Shown: positions 14,049-27,300 of the stretch, one piece after another
How the letters are laid out: each line of letters opens with the position of its first letter
Numbering within the stretch: the stretch's first letter is position 1
Assembly (NCBI GenBank): GCA_964247055.1
Contig: OZ176050.1
Coordinates: 8,618,001-8,682,000 of the forward strand
Source: Paragordius varius
Lineage: Eukaryota > Animalia > Nematomorpha
Direction of reading: 5' to 3'
DNA length: 64,000 bases
Notes under the pieces: model-generated
Database searches by the model: none
What the model was told of the DNA's origin: nothing
The model's input: the letters and a program-made list of their open reading frames with translations, nothing else
Program-made: the position numbers and the translations under genes

Positions 14049-15561
14049 TTAATAATGCGCCTAAAAGCTAATCAAAGCATATTATTACTTTCGGCTTAAT
14101 ACCTTAACGTTTCAATATATTCAAAATTTAAATCGCTCTGGAAAAATTACCCCAAAAAGTAGTGAGTGTTAAAAAAGATTTGATAGTTTGTCTTTAAATT
14201 TATGTTAGATATAAATAGAGTTTTTTACCAAAATTCACCAGAATGCGAAAGCGAACCCTTTTTATTGAATTCTGAAGCGAGATAAATGTTCAGCGTCGTA
14301 GAAAAAAGTTTTTTTTTAATAAGGCGTTCTTTTTCCTTCATCAATGGTATTAAGTCCTTTTCTACATTTGGCTAAAAATAGAATTTTTTAAAAAACTATT
14401 TTTTAAAAACTTGTTTTGGCTGATATAAAAATAAAGAAAAAATTTAGCATTTTCATTGCCAAATCTCAACATTTTTACGTTTATTTTTAGAGCAGCATAA
14501 TTTAAAAAAGCGATTTCGGGATTGATGGAGCCCACACTAAAAACTAAAATTTTATATAATTATTGTTTTGCTCTTTCTATGTAGTTTTTTTACATTTAGT
14601 GATATTTTTTGGAATGAAGCATTTGGCCTTCACTGAAAAAATTATTTTCAAACAAAATATGACCAACCGATTTGGGACAGCTACCACAAAAGTTTAAATA
14701 ACTTTTTTAAATCACTCGTAAAGGTCTAACCAAAAGCACCATGTCATCTTTATACATTTTCCTATCAGAATATATATTTCATCGGGAAATTATTTTATAT
14801 CCCCTGATTTTTACCTCTGTGTAATTTGTTAAATTTTGTTTGTCTAAAATTTAAGTCAAATTTTTGCATAAATCGAAGGAGAAATCGGTTGGTGTCATTA
14901 ATATAGAAAAAGTGGTTTATAGTATCATGCAACGCTTTTTTATTACAACCATGCAAATATCATCAAATATGCTTCAACCTAATTTTGCTAAAAAATAAAT
15001 TTTTGAAATAAGTACGCATTTTTAAAAAGTAACCTTTTTATATAATAATCTAGCATATATTAAATATATTTTATCGTTCAATATCGGCATTTTTTGGATG
15101 TTAAAATATCAACCCATTTTATAGGAGTCCAAAAATTTAAGTGTACGTCTAAAATTTTAAATTTAATTTAAATATAGCTATGTGATTGGTATAATTTTTT
15201 TGGAATGAATCATCTAGCTTTAGCGAAAAGATTCTATTTAGCGTAATGTTGCTCCAATTTTTCTTTTTAATTATAAGAACAAATAACACAAAAGTGCTCT
15301 TATTCTACTTATAAGAGTTCTACCACCTATCTATATTTATCAGGATTCTTTTGTATCCTGTGTGACAAATATTTATTTAAAATACTATTTAAAATATCTT
15401 ATTTTTTTATCAAAATGAGGTATATTCTGAGTGAATGTTTAATATATCTCATATTTATAGGACTAGAATTTACGTTAAACACAGTGCCCCCTTTTTGCGT
15501 TAATAGTTAAATCATCTCAAGAGAAATATTTCATGGAAAGGAGGTGGATTTAAGATTGTTG

Positions 15562-18371
15562 TTAAAAATCAGTAAAGTAATTTGGGTACTCCATAATTTC
15601 TGAAATTTCTATAAAAGGTTCATGCGGTAGCACTTTGTAATGGCTAAGGTCATTTGGCCCATTACAAGGTTTATATTCGGGTGTCATAGTTTTTCTATAA
15701 ACACTTATCCAATCAATACTATCAAACCAAGGATGGTGCACAACATCTCTAGCATCATGCTCCAACACGCCTAGGCGCAAATGTGGATTTACCTAAAAAA
15801 AATGTTTTATAGTTAGGTCAATTATTATTTAGAAATAGGAAGAGATCGAACTGGTTATAACGCATTTATGACTGTAAATGCCCGCTTGTCAAAATAACCA
15901 GTTAAATATTTAAAATTTAATGATTTTTCGTCATTAATATATCAATTAAATATAAAAGGCAAATTCATTGTCTTTTTAGTTATGCCGATGCTGAATCTTG
16001 ATAACCATTGTGTTAAGACCATGAATGAATCTTCGTCAGCAATTAAACCGGTTACTTATTGGGACAAAAGCCCATCCTTATTTATAAAAATATTCATAAT
16101 AAATAAAAAACTCTGGTTGATCGACAAATGAACATTATAAATATTTTACCTGTAAGAGACAACTAATAACATCTGCCACTTTGGTTCCAATCATATATTT
16201 GGGGATTTGATAGATGCCACGAACGATGTTAGACATGGTAGTTTCTACGCTTGTTCCTGCACTGTTATTGAGAACAAAAAATCCTGCTAAACCACCCATG
16301 GTTGGGCTACTTTGCGAAAAAGGTGCTAATCCTATTACATATGAAAAGACGATACTCATTTAAAAGATTTATCCAACAAATATTTTCCAATGGAATTATA
16401 CATGAACCCTATCTAATTTGATAATTAATATACATCTCCTAAAATAGCTCATATTTTCCTCCATAATTTCAGAACGGCAAGAAACATAGTATTCAAAGGC
16501 CTGGCATATGAAATTTCGCAAAACAATACATTCCATTTTTACACATATACATGTCTCCGAACGCTTGTAACTAATTAAGTCCTAAAATTAATTACATTTC
16601 TCAGTTTTTGTGTTATAAGGATATCACATAATTCAATTTTAAGCAATGTACAAAAAATTACAATTGAAACTTATATTAAAAGATGGCCTTTTACGGATAG
16701 TCCAGAAAAAAATGTAACCCTTTACGAATCATAGCAAAATTTTGTATTTCACATATATTTATGCATGATCATTTTGAATAAATCATCTAATAATAACCTA
16801 ATATATATCTACGACAGAAATAGGGGATAGAATGATTCATACAATCTTTACAAATTTTATCATACCTAGCGAAAAATACCTTTGTAGATTTTATGAAAAA
16901 AATCTTCATACCAGTTATCATTTCATAGATGAGAACTCCCAGTCCCCACCAATCCACTTCTTTACCATAACCACTCTTGTTTGAAATAACTTCGGGTGCC
17001 ATGTAATCGGGCGTCCCACAAAATGTGTTTGCACGGCCTTGAATGCGTTCAGTTAACCCAAAATCGACAATTTTGAGGTAACCTTTGTGGTCAACAAGTA
17101 TATTTTCTGGCTTCAGGTCTCTGTATACCAAATCCATAGCGTGCATATATTCAAGAGCTAATACAACTTGACATGCATAAAATTTTGCTAATGATTCTGA
17201 AAAACGGCCAAATTTTCGCAAATGGGTATACATTTCCCCACCTGCAACTAGTTGCAGCACCAAATATATGTTGGAATTATCCTATTAAAGGATTAAAAAA
17301 TCGCTAAGTTCTAACTTTAAAAGCAAACAAAGTATTTGGGCTTTATATATTTAGTAATTATGGTTTATATAAAAAAGCATAATGGTATTCATATCTGAAT
17401 ATAAGAGAGTTTAGTCGTTTTGTTCAAATATAATTAAATATTTTGAGTATCTATTTTAAAATAATAGGTATTTTCCACAAAATAGTCAAGACATAAGGAA
17501 TAAATTATTTTTAAACACCATCAATAAATTTATTTTTTTTTCATTTACAACACCTATTATAGCTTACGATTATTTTTAAATCCAAAATTGTTGTAAAAAA
17601 TTATATTACACGAACATTATAATATAAGATGGCATTGTTTATACGGCAAAAGGTGGCTCATTTTAATATAAAAAGGCCACATTAAATTTGGTCAATATTT
17701 CATTGACACAAGGGGAGTGTTTTTCTTTTAGTATGGTATATCATTACCTAAAAATCAGTTAGCATATGAATATAAAGGCCATGAGTTTTAAATATAAATG
17801 CGAAACTTATTATTTTAAGTTATATATAATTATTTTACTCATCTGCTATCTGATTATACCTGAAATGATCGGACAAATTTTATAAGAAACGGGAAATCAA
17901 TGCTAGATAATATTTTTTTCTCTTTGTACACTTGTGGTATTTGTTGTTTCCTTACAACCGTCCTCTTTTTTAACATTTTTATGGCATAAGATCGTGAATT
18001 ATATTTGGAAATAACATGAATCACGCGTCCGAATGAACCTTGACCCAATGTTCTTTTCAAACAATATTCATCCAGACGTCCGTAAGGCGACATTAAATGA
18101 TCATTCCATTTTTCATCAAATTCTACTTTTGCTAGTTGGAGAATTTTGAGATAATTTACCTCGTCTGTTCTCCGATCATATTTGGTTAAAATGGTGGCAG
18201 AACTTGAAGCTGCCTTAAGCGGATAGTTCCAGGAAATCTAGATTAATGACGATAAAAAAAAAATTTAATTGATTTTTGACTATATAAATTTAAGCAATAT
18301 CATTATATAAATAGAGTAAGTATATATATGACATTTAAATTAGGTGTCGACTTGGCGAAATTAAGAGGCAT
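15562..18371 (-). CDS. Divergent cAMP-dependent protein kinase catalytic subunit-like (AGC) kinase
   Basis: Exons 18371-18333 (start tentative), 18237-17860, 17281-16912, 16331-16150, 15792-15562. Motifs [67 protein letters not shown] and C-terminal FTDF all align in register to PKA-C. Confidence 0.88.
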
Positions 18372-18747
18372 TCCAGAATAACATTTGAATCTATCTTACT
18401 TATAAAACAATATGTATAATTAGCTAAAACATTAACAATTATCATTAAATATGACGTAATAATTTTTTATACCAACAATCCTTGATCAAATCCATATATT
18501 CATATTTAACTCAACCGGGTTTCCTTCTTATAGAGACAAACTTTTTAATATGTTGTGTTATATTTTCTAGATATAATGAATGTATTCTTCAGTATTTAAC
18601 CAATGATATAAAAAATATTTATTCACTTTAATCATTTATATTGCAATTTGTATCATTTACATATCTAATTTGTAATTTGTTGAAATTAACACATTTTAAT
18701 GGTTTGCATATGTTCACTATTATTATTTATATTGAATGTGCAATTAT

Positions 18748-20102
18748 TTAAACTCTCTCAAGGACCCACAAAACACCATCCATGTTAGGATTCGGACACA
18801 CATCCCCGTGAGTGAATTGGCAAGAATTGTATTCATCTAAGACACGCCAATTAGCCGCAAGATGTTGTAATCTACTATACCCGTATATTCTGTGAGCATT
18901 CCACACTAAACTTGAACCCTTGCTATCGTAAGGGATATTTAGGAATAATATACCACCGGGTTTAAATAAACACCAAAGCTGGCTCATAGCCTCTAAGTCA
19001 GCGTAAGGGTTTAAAGGTTCCCCAAACCGACCCATCCCCGAATGTTCTATAGAGGAGTATGAAACTCCGAAATCAAAACCGAAATCATTTGCGGTCTTAT
19101 TGTGCTCAGCTCTTTTGTTACGTATAACTTTCCACATTTTGTGCAATTCCGTGGGGGTTAATGTTTTAATTTTATCATGGGAAGATGGGGTAGCTTTGTA
19201 GTCTATCATATACATGAGACCTGCTCCATTCAACAAAGCCATAGCAGTTATCCAAGGGTTATCACTGCTCCCAAAATCTAGACCTAAAAATCCATATATT
19301 AAACATTATGTAGCGTAAACAATTTAACAAACATATTATATGTAGCTCCCTACTTACCAATTTTGTTTTTTATGTGCTCAGTGTAATCATCAAATGCCTT
19401 TTGTAACAAATCTTCGGCCAACAATCCATACGTTGCTATCGGTTTCCTCAGCGCCTTTTGTATGACAAGCGTATCAATTTCTTTAGCTGATAGGGGAATT
19501 AGTCTGCGTGAGCCAGAATATCGTTCTGCAAAATACCAGTGCTGTATGAGAGGCATTTTTCCAAACATTGTAAAATGTTCATACAATGCAGACGGTGGTT
19601 CTTGTGGAGGTGGCCATTCAATATCAATTGCGTTTACTTTCTCGTTATCATCAATATTTATTGCATTGGAGGAAGAAGAATGGATCAATAATTTGTCCAT
19701 CATTAAATGGCAATCGACCGATTTAGCTATAAATGGCCAGTAATCGGTCGGCTCTCCTTGCATACTAATATCACAAATTTCTCCACATACCTTGGGATCG
19801 GTGTAATTTAAGGCTTTATACACAATCACATGATTTTTATCATTTCTATATTTACCGGAAGATGAAACTACAGATCTTTTTTCTAATTTAAGGTTTTCTA
19901 AGAAATTCCATCCGACACTTGAAAATGGTATATTTGTGAAGCCTAAATTGTGATTATTAGTTAAGCGATGGAATACAAGTATAAATAATCCCGTGGCACC
20001 TAATATAAGCGTCCATAAATAAAATTTGGGTATGTGATATGATGAGGTTAACGTGGTTACTTTAAATCGAATTTTATGCAAAATCAAATTTAATGAAATC
20101 AT
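18748..20102 (-). CDS. DUF268-family protein (putative methyltransferase-like) with N-terminal membrane anchor
   Basis: Exons 20102-19358 and 19283-18748. Motifs GLDFGSSDNPWI, DFGVSYSSIEHSGMGRFGEPLNPYADL, KPGGILFL, NAHRIYG match the DUF268 pattern; one hydrophobic segment near the N-terminus. Confidence 0.8.
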
Positions 20103-21247
20103 AAATTTAATAAAGTCTTTATCATATGTTTCGTTATACTTACAATCAAATTGGTCGCTTATTTTTTAATATAATTAAAAAGAAAGAAGAATCATGCTTT
20201 GTGTTTGATTTTATTCGTAACCTTTGTGCAATGTTCATAAATATGCAATTTCGACATTTCGTTGACATATTTTACTAGTATTTTCGTATTTATCATAACC
20301 AATTTTTCACAAAAGTAGTAATGACTTGTGAGTCCAATGAAATCTTATTTTAAGTTAATAAAATTAGACGATAGGAAAATTATTGTATATATTAATTTAA
20401 ATTTATTTTAATATTTTTAATTAGAAAACAAAACATTCTAAGTCATGCTATCAAATCAATTTCGATCGTAATTATAGAAAGGTACTAGTTGTCCTATTAG
20501 GCACAGAATAAATAGTTAATTCCAAATGATAAAGCGAATTGACAAAAGAATATAATATTTTTAAGTGTGATCTTTTAAACCTTGTTTTTTCAAAATAATT
20601 GAAATCGCCAATTTCACACTTTTATATAAATTATTCGAATTAATAAAATAGATCGGAGCATTGATTTTAACATTTAATTGATTGATTATGATAGCTACTT
20701 ATTTTATAATATTTACCAAGCTTTTAACATGTGATTGTTTTCTTACCGAAATTTAATGAATTTGAAATACATACTAAAAATTATTGCGAAAAATATGGAA
20801 TAAATTAAATGCAAATCCTATATATTTGCATATAAACTCATGATGTAAAGAAAAAACTGGTAAATCAATCATGATTTTTGTTGAAAAACAAAGATATTTT
20901 AGTCAAAACCAAGCCTAAAAGTTATTTGTTTTAACATGTATAATTTTCGGTAATCTTAGTTTCTAACAAAAATAACTTCACTCTATTTTACAAAATATTT
21001 AAATAAAAATTTATTGTTTGACATGTGGGACCAAAAGTTGGAGAGATAAGTTGTACAATACCCGTACAAAAGTATGTATAATTTATATAATATATTAATT
21101 AATACGATAAAATATGTCAGTCATCAATACAATAAAATATTCTTAAAGAATTAAAGATATAAAACAAATATATAATATTTTCATGTATAACAATTATAAT
21201 TTTTATCACATGAGAGATGTAAATATTGATTGGGATACACATTAATA

Positions 21248-21276
21248 AATATAATAATAATAATAATAATAATAAT
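21248..21276. repeat. (AAT)n microsatellite just 3' of the SLC6 stop codon
   Basis: Run of ATAATAATAATAAT... Confidence 0.8.
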
Positions 21277-21301
21277 ATAGAAGTTATGGATAAAAAATGT
21301 A

Positions 21302-24300
21302 CTAAGCTATTTCTTTTATCGTTTCTAAGCTAGGTTTAACCGTTCCCAATTCATCCAGATTATTTAAAGTTGTAGTGGAGGATAAAATTTTAGCTGTGGA
21401 TTCGGTAGTTCGCATACGTTTAGCGCCAGTAGCGATATCAGGTTCAAATTTAACAATACCAAAGTATCGAAGAAAAGCAATAAATGGAATGGGGAAAACA
21501 CCTAGAAATAAATGTTAGATATGCATAGACTTAATTATATGGACAACAAAACGTAAAAATATAAAAACAAACATTTTGAAAAAAGAATCATACCTTTTTA
21601 ATCTTGATGATTTTAATAACTGAATGTTTTAAACTGCAAATCATAAAATGGAGATGTAAACTTGGTAACACAATCCATGATGTATTTTATGATTGTAAAT
21701 GATTTTTATAGGATAAAGTAGGGTTTAAAAAGTATGGTTGTTTTTTGAAAAAAAATATTTGTTTTTATATTTTTAGGTTTTGTCTGTAAAATTTTAATTT
21801 TTTGTAAAAAATTTTTTATGAAGTTTTGAAATTTAAAACTGCATATATGTAATAGAGTTTACCAATGGTTATGACTAATCCAATGACAAGTAGCACCCAT
21901 ATTGGATAGGGGGTTGAAATTGTGGAAGCCTAAACACAATATAATAAAGTATTTTTAATCATATTTGAAATGAAATTTATGACTACGAGGTCCTAACACA
22001 AGTTAAAATACCATATTTCAAACGAAGCGGATTGTTAAATTATCATATATGTAATTTAAAATTAAATTAATAGGCTTATCTGTGGAAAATTTTAAAAATC
22101 TGTTCATTGCATATATTTATAATTAAAACGTATTAGGTTAATTTTTTATTTTGTCGTTGCATAAAATTAAAGTACTATTTATATTGATTAATTATACCGT
22201 TGCCGCAACATATTTGCTGTAATGGGGAGGTGAGATGATCCATTTAACAATACTAGCAAGGAATATAAGAGCCATAATAATTGGGCTCACATATCTCCAT
22301 GTTATTTGCCAATACCATCCTGGGTAATGACCAGTCATAATTTCAAGATCACGGCTAAACCTACGAGAAAAAAAAGGAAAAATTTTATATAGGTTATACT
22401 TTGTTTTGTATGCAGCCGAGTTTTTACAGTAAAAATTCAAATTATACAGACAAAACGTAAAACATAAAGGATAAATATTTTTTAAAAAGACCCGTCAATT
22501 TTTTTTATCTTTTTTAAATAAAACTCATTGTTTTATATTGCAAAGTATAAAACAGAGATGTAAATTGGTGATACAATCAGTTATATGTTTTACAATTGTG
22601 ATTGATTGATATATAGAAAAAATATGGTTTAACGTATGGTTGTCTTATGAAAAAAATTGTCTATGTTTTTACCTTCTGTCTGTATAATTCAAATTTTTGC
22701 TGTAAATAATTTGGTTTTTATCGAATACTATAAGGTAAAGTGGAGAAAAGAATGGCTAATTAAGTATAACAGTTGGATCAAGCAAATAATATAGTTATTA
22801 AAATCAAAATTGAAAATTTAGACATGAAATAATAAATACTTGGTGTGTCCGTACACGTAGGAAACGGCTATGATTTCAAAAAATGCCACTATGACTAACG
22901 TTAAATTGCCGGCAAATGTATCGAAAAGTTGGACCCAATAATCACCCGAACATAAAACGAAAATGAAACCAATCCCCAAGGATATTGAGCAAAGGATGGC
23001 TAATTTTATAAATAATATATATATAATTAATTAAAAAAGAAAATTTTTAAGTGAAAAATCTTGAATTAATTTGTTAATTTAAGTGAGTTTGTTTCATAAT
23101 ATTTAAAGTTTAAAATAATTTACATTAATTTTATTTTTGTTTATTGACTTTATTTGTTTAGAAAAAAATTGAGATCATTTAATTATTTTTTTAGTAAAAT
23201 ATCATCGATATACGCAAGTTTAAAGTTGTTAAATCAAATTTTTAAGAATATGACAACAGACGGTTAAAAATTTAATCAAAATCAAACCTGACACATATTC
23301 TTTCCGTAACCAGGGGAAAAGATGTAAGTCATGAATGGAAGTAATAATACTTTCCATTAAACCAAACATAGTTCCCAATCCTAGTGTGATGAGCATGGAG
23401 AAAAATATTATGGACCAAAAGGGAGCACCAGGGAACTCTAAAATGGCTTGCGTGAAAACGATGAATGCTAATCCAGTGCCTTCAGCAACCTACAGCAAAA
23501 AAATAAATTATTTTTAAATTTTATTTTTATATATATACTAGCGTAAATCTCGTGCTGCTACGCAGCCCGAGGAAGTCCTTCGGACTTCTGGATGGGGGGT
23601 ACGGGGGTAGCGGGTAAAAAGAGGGCCTAAATCAAAAAAGTGAATCGACTATGTTCAGCGCGATCAAAAATAAGTAAACAAAAATCATATTTGATATTGA
23701 ATGGTCCAACATGTTCTCCAGAAATTGTCTCAACCTGTTTTTTATACGGGGTAGGCCAGAACTGGGGACCTAATTCCAAAAAAAGACGAAGCTATTGTCG
23801 GGGCATTCATTAATGATTATATTTTTTCGATGTTTGGATTCGAATGGGTCTACCGGTTTTCCAGTACCAGATCAAAGGCCAGCATTTTCCATTTTTATAA
23901 ATATATAGATAACTCTGAAAAATCTGGTTTATCTTAAAAAATCGGAAGCTGTTTCTGTAGAATAATTTACTAGGAGGGAAAATAAATTTAATCGTTAAAC
24001 CGCGTTTATAAAATTCTGAACCAGCTCGTATCTTGAAAAACGGATTAAAATTTGTTCCGGTTCCACCTTATATTTTGGACAGAACCGGTTTATAAAATGA
24101 AACCAAAAGCGATTCTATTTATTTCGAGTAAAAAATTTATTAATTTGAGAAAATCAAATTATTTTTGTATATTCCTATATTGCCATTATTATCCAAATTT
24201 AACAATAGTTATTTAAACTGCTATAAATTTAGCTAAAATAATATGAATATAGGCAAATATAAGAATGGTTTTAACAGTTATAGGCCAAAACTTTTTAATA

Positions 24301-27300
24301 ATTTTTTAAAAATTGAATCCGCCTTCCAAGTGATTTTGAAAGATAAAACTGCTATACAAAGCAAATGCTTAAAACTTTCCGAGCGGTATTTTCTTGTATT
24401 ATTGAAATTTGTTTTCTTGGTAAAATTATTATTTTATTAAATATAATAGATATTGAAACTATAAAAAAACTTCTGTATGTTTAGCAAAATAATACAAGTG
24501 ATAATAATGGTAAATAACTTGATTGAGATTTTCTTTAAGATTGCAACGGTATAATTTAATATCGCCTGTACTGTTAGCAGTGCTGAGATTGGTTAAAAGG
24601 GAATCGTAATTTGTTTTAATGTATGATGCATTGAATGCCCCATTGTAATATTGATAAATGTTTTCTTGATTGCTATCAAAAATATACGTTTAAAATATGA
24701 AATAATTATTATATAAAAATTTGATATCTCCATATGTGTAAATAAATTAAAACTATAATTTTATTATTTTTGTACATTAATTCATAAATTACCCTTTCAA
24801 ACACACTTATATGGTAAAATTCAAAAAGTTAATGTAAAATCAAAAACTTATGTTACTTTTGATGACAGGTATTCAAATTGGTTTTAGCCTTGAACCCAAG
24901 GACAGAAAAAACGACAATAGAAGCGAATATTGAAGTGAAAACATTGATGGCTGAAACAATAATCACATCCTTTCTGCAATCATTCCGTGGGGGGTTATAA
25001 CTGGAAAAAGCGATAATAGAACCGAAACCAAGACCCATCGAATAAAATATTTGGGTAGCTGCTTCTAACCAAACTTTTGGATCGGCTAATTTAGAGGCCT
25101 GATACAATAGTTAAAAAATTATTATTAATCAGTATTGTATTGGATCTGAACAGTTGGCATTTATAACCGTGGTGCACGCTTTCGAAAAAAATCAGTCAAC
25201 ATTTTATGCTTGTTTCAATCAAATAAATAAATCTACGCTTCATTCCAATATATTTTTACATTTGTAGAATTAACTGGTTATAAAATATATAAATACATTG
25301 AAAAGCGGTTAAATTGATTGTGATTTTTAAACGGTTTAAAACCTAAAAAATATCAATAATAAGAAAGTAAAAATAATGTTACCACAGGTGTAAACATGTG
25401 AGCAATCCCATCAGTGGCTCCGTCAAGTAGCATAGAACGCGCAAAGATTATGATTAAAACGGCATATGGAAACGTTGCGGTAAAGTAAGCTGCCTAAATG
25501 TAAACATAAAATACATATAATGTTTTAGCGTGAAAAATTTTATTAATATAGCCCTTTCGGTTTTAAGTATCAAAAATAATTATAATTTAAAGAAACGATT
25601 GTTTATGTTGAATAAATGAAAATTTTAATAATGCAATTTGTTTTTATAATTTAAAACTCATAAAATTTTTTTTAAAAAAAGGTGTTTTTTAATAAGTTAT
25701 TATGATAGTTTTTTTCTTTCGCGAACTCCCGAATACAGTTTTTAACTGCACAATTTATATTCTTTCCCCAATAAAAATTCATTAAACCATTTTTATTTAA
25801 CATTTTGCAGCAAAGAAAAACCTTTACAAAGCAAATAGTTAATTTGCCATTAAAAACAAATCTGATATTAACGATTCTCATTAATATAGACTTTTGTCGA
25901 AAAATATAATTCTTATTTAGTAAAATAAAAATATTTTTAATTATTGATTTAAAAAGGCAATTTTCGTAACGAGTAAGAATATATTGCTAGAAAGTTATTA
26001 ATTATGGCCAAATAGTAAATACAACAAAGGGCAGTATTATTGGCTAATAATAGTAAAAAGTGAAAATAACAACTATAAGCCAATAATACTGCCCTTTGAT
26101 TTATTTACTACTTGGCAAGAATTAATAACTTTTTAGCAAAGTATACTTACTCATAATGTGAATCCAAAATGAGTTACGAAAAAATGTTTATTCTTTAAAT
26201 AACAATGAAATGGTTAAGGAATATCTTTTTAAATATATATTAAAAATTTTAATATATTTGCAAATAATTATAATTTTGGAAAAAGCCTTAAGCTATACAT
26301 GTGGTAAAAGAAGGCGTGTCAAAATTTTTGCTTATTCAAGAGTTCATTATTTTGGTTACAAATATTAATTTAAAATATTACATTACATCATCTTTTAAAG
26401 AATTGTGGTGTTGTTATAATTATATTAGTAATTTTTCATCTAAAAAACAAAAAAAATAATTTTGTTTAAAAAAATTTTAAAAATCAAATTTTACGAAAAT
26501 AGTTTTAATTTTTTTATTTTATGGTTAAAATTAAGGATCAACTCCCCACTCTTCATTATGGGATCTTTTACAATATAAGTAAGTATACATTGCTGGAAAG
26601 TTATTAATTATTGCTAAATAGCATATACAACAAAGGGTATTATTGGCTAATAATTGTTAAAAGTGAAAAAAATTAAGGGCCAATAATACTGCCCTTTGTT
26701 GTATATGCTATTTGGCAATAATTAATAACTATCTAGCAATGTATACTTACTCATACTGTAATTCGCCTTAAAATAAATAATACCAATCAATACTCATTCA
26801 AATATAATGTTGACCACATAAATGTTTAGAGTTAGTTTATAAAATACCATTCCACTCGATTTTATCCCTTTCATGATACAAAGGAATACGACGGTCCATG
26901 CTATGGTGAGGCATATTAAAATTTTCCAATTAATCCCTTGGGCTATATCAATGCCGGGAGATATGTTTAATGTTTTGCGATACCAAAAATATTGAGTGGA
27001 TGAACTTAATTGACATTCAAGTACATGCCTTTTAACTGGAACCATATTGGTTTTATCATTTATGGCTGAGCGTTTATGTTGCTTCGTATGTGCCAAATTG
27101 TTGATTAATTCTGTTTTTCCCTCTGTATGAAAGTCAATCAAATCTTGTTTGTCAGATTTTAGGCCTGCTAATTTATGTATGTCCAAGTTGTGTAATGCAT
27201 CATCCAAAGATGTAATAAGTTTCGAAGTATTAGTGATTTGCAAAGGAGACAACACATTATTGTTATCATAATTATTATTGGTAAAATGATTTTCAATTGA

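Noticed and set aside
19462-19743. 93-aa plus-strand ORF
   Set aside because: Antisense to the DUF268 coding exon; no independent support.
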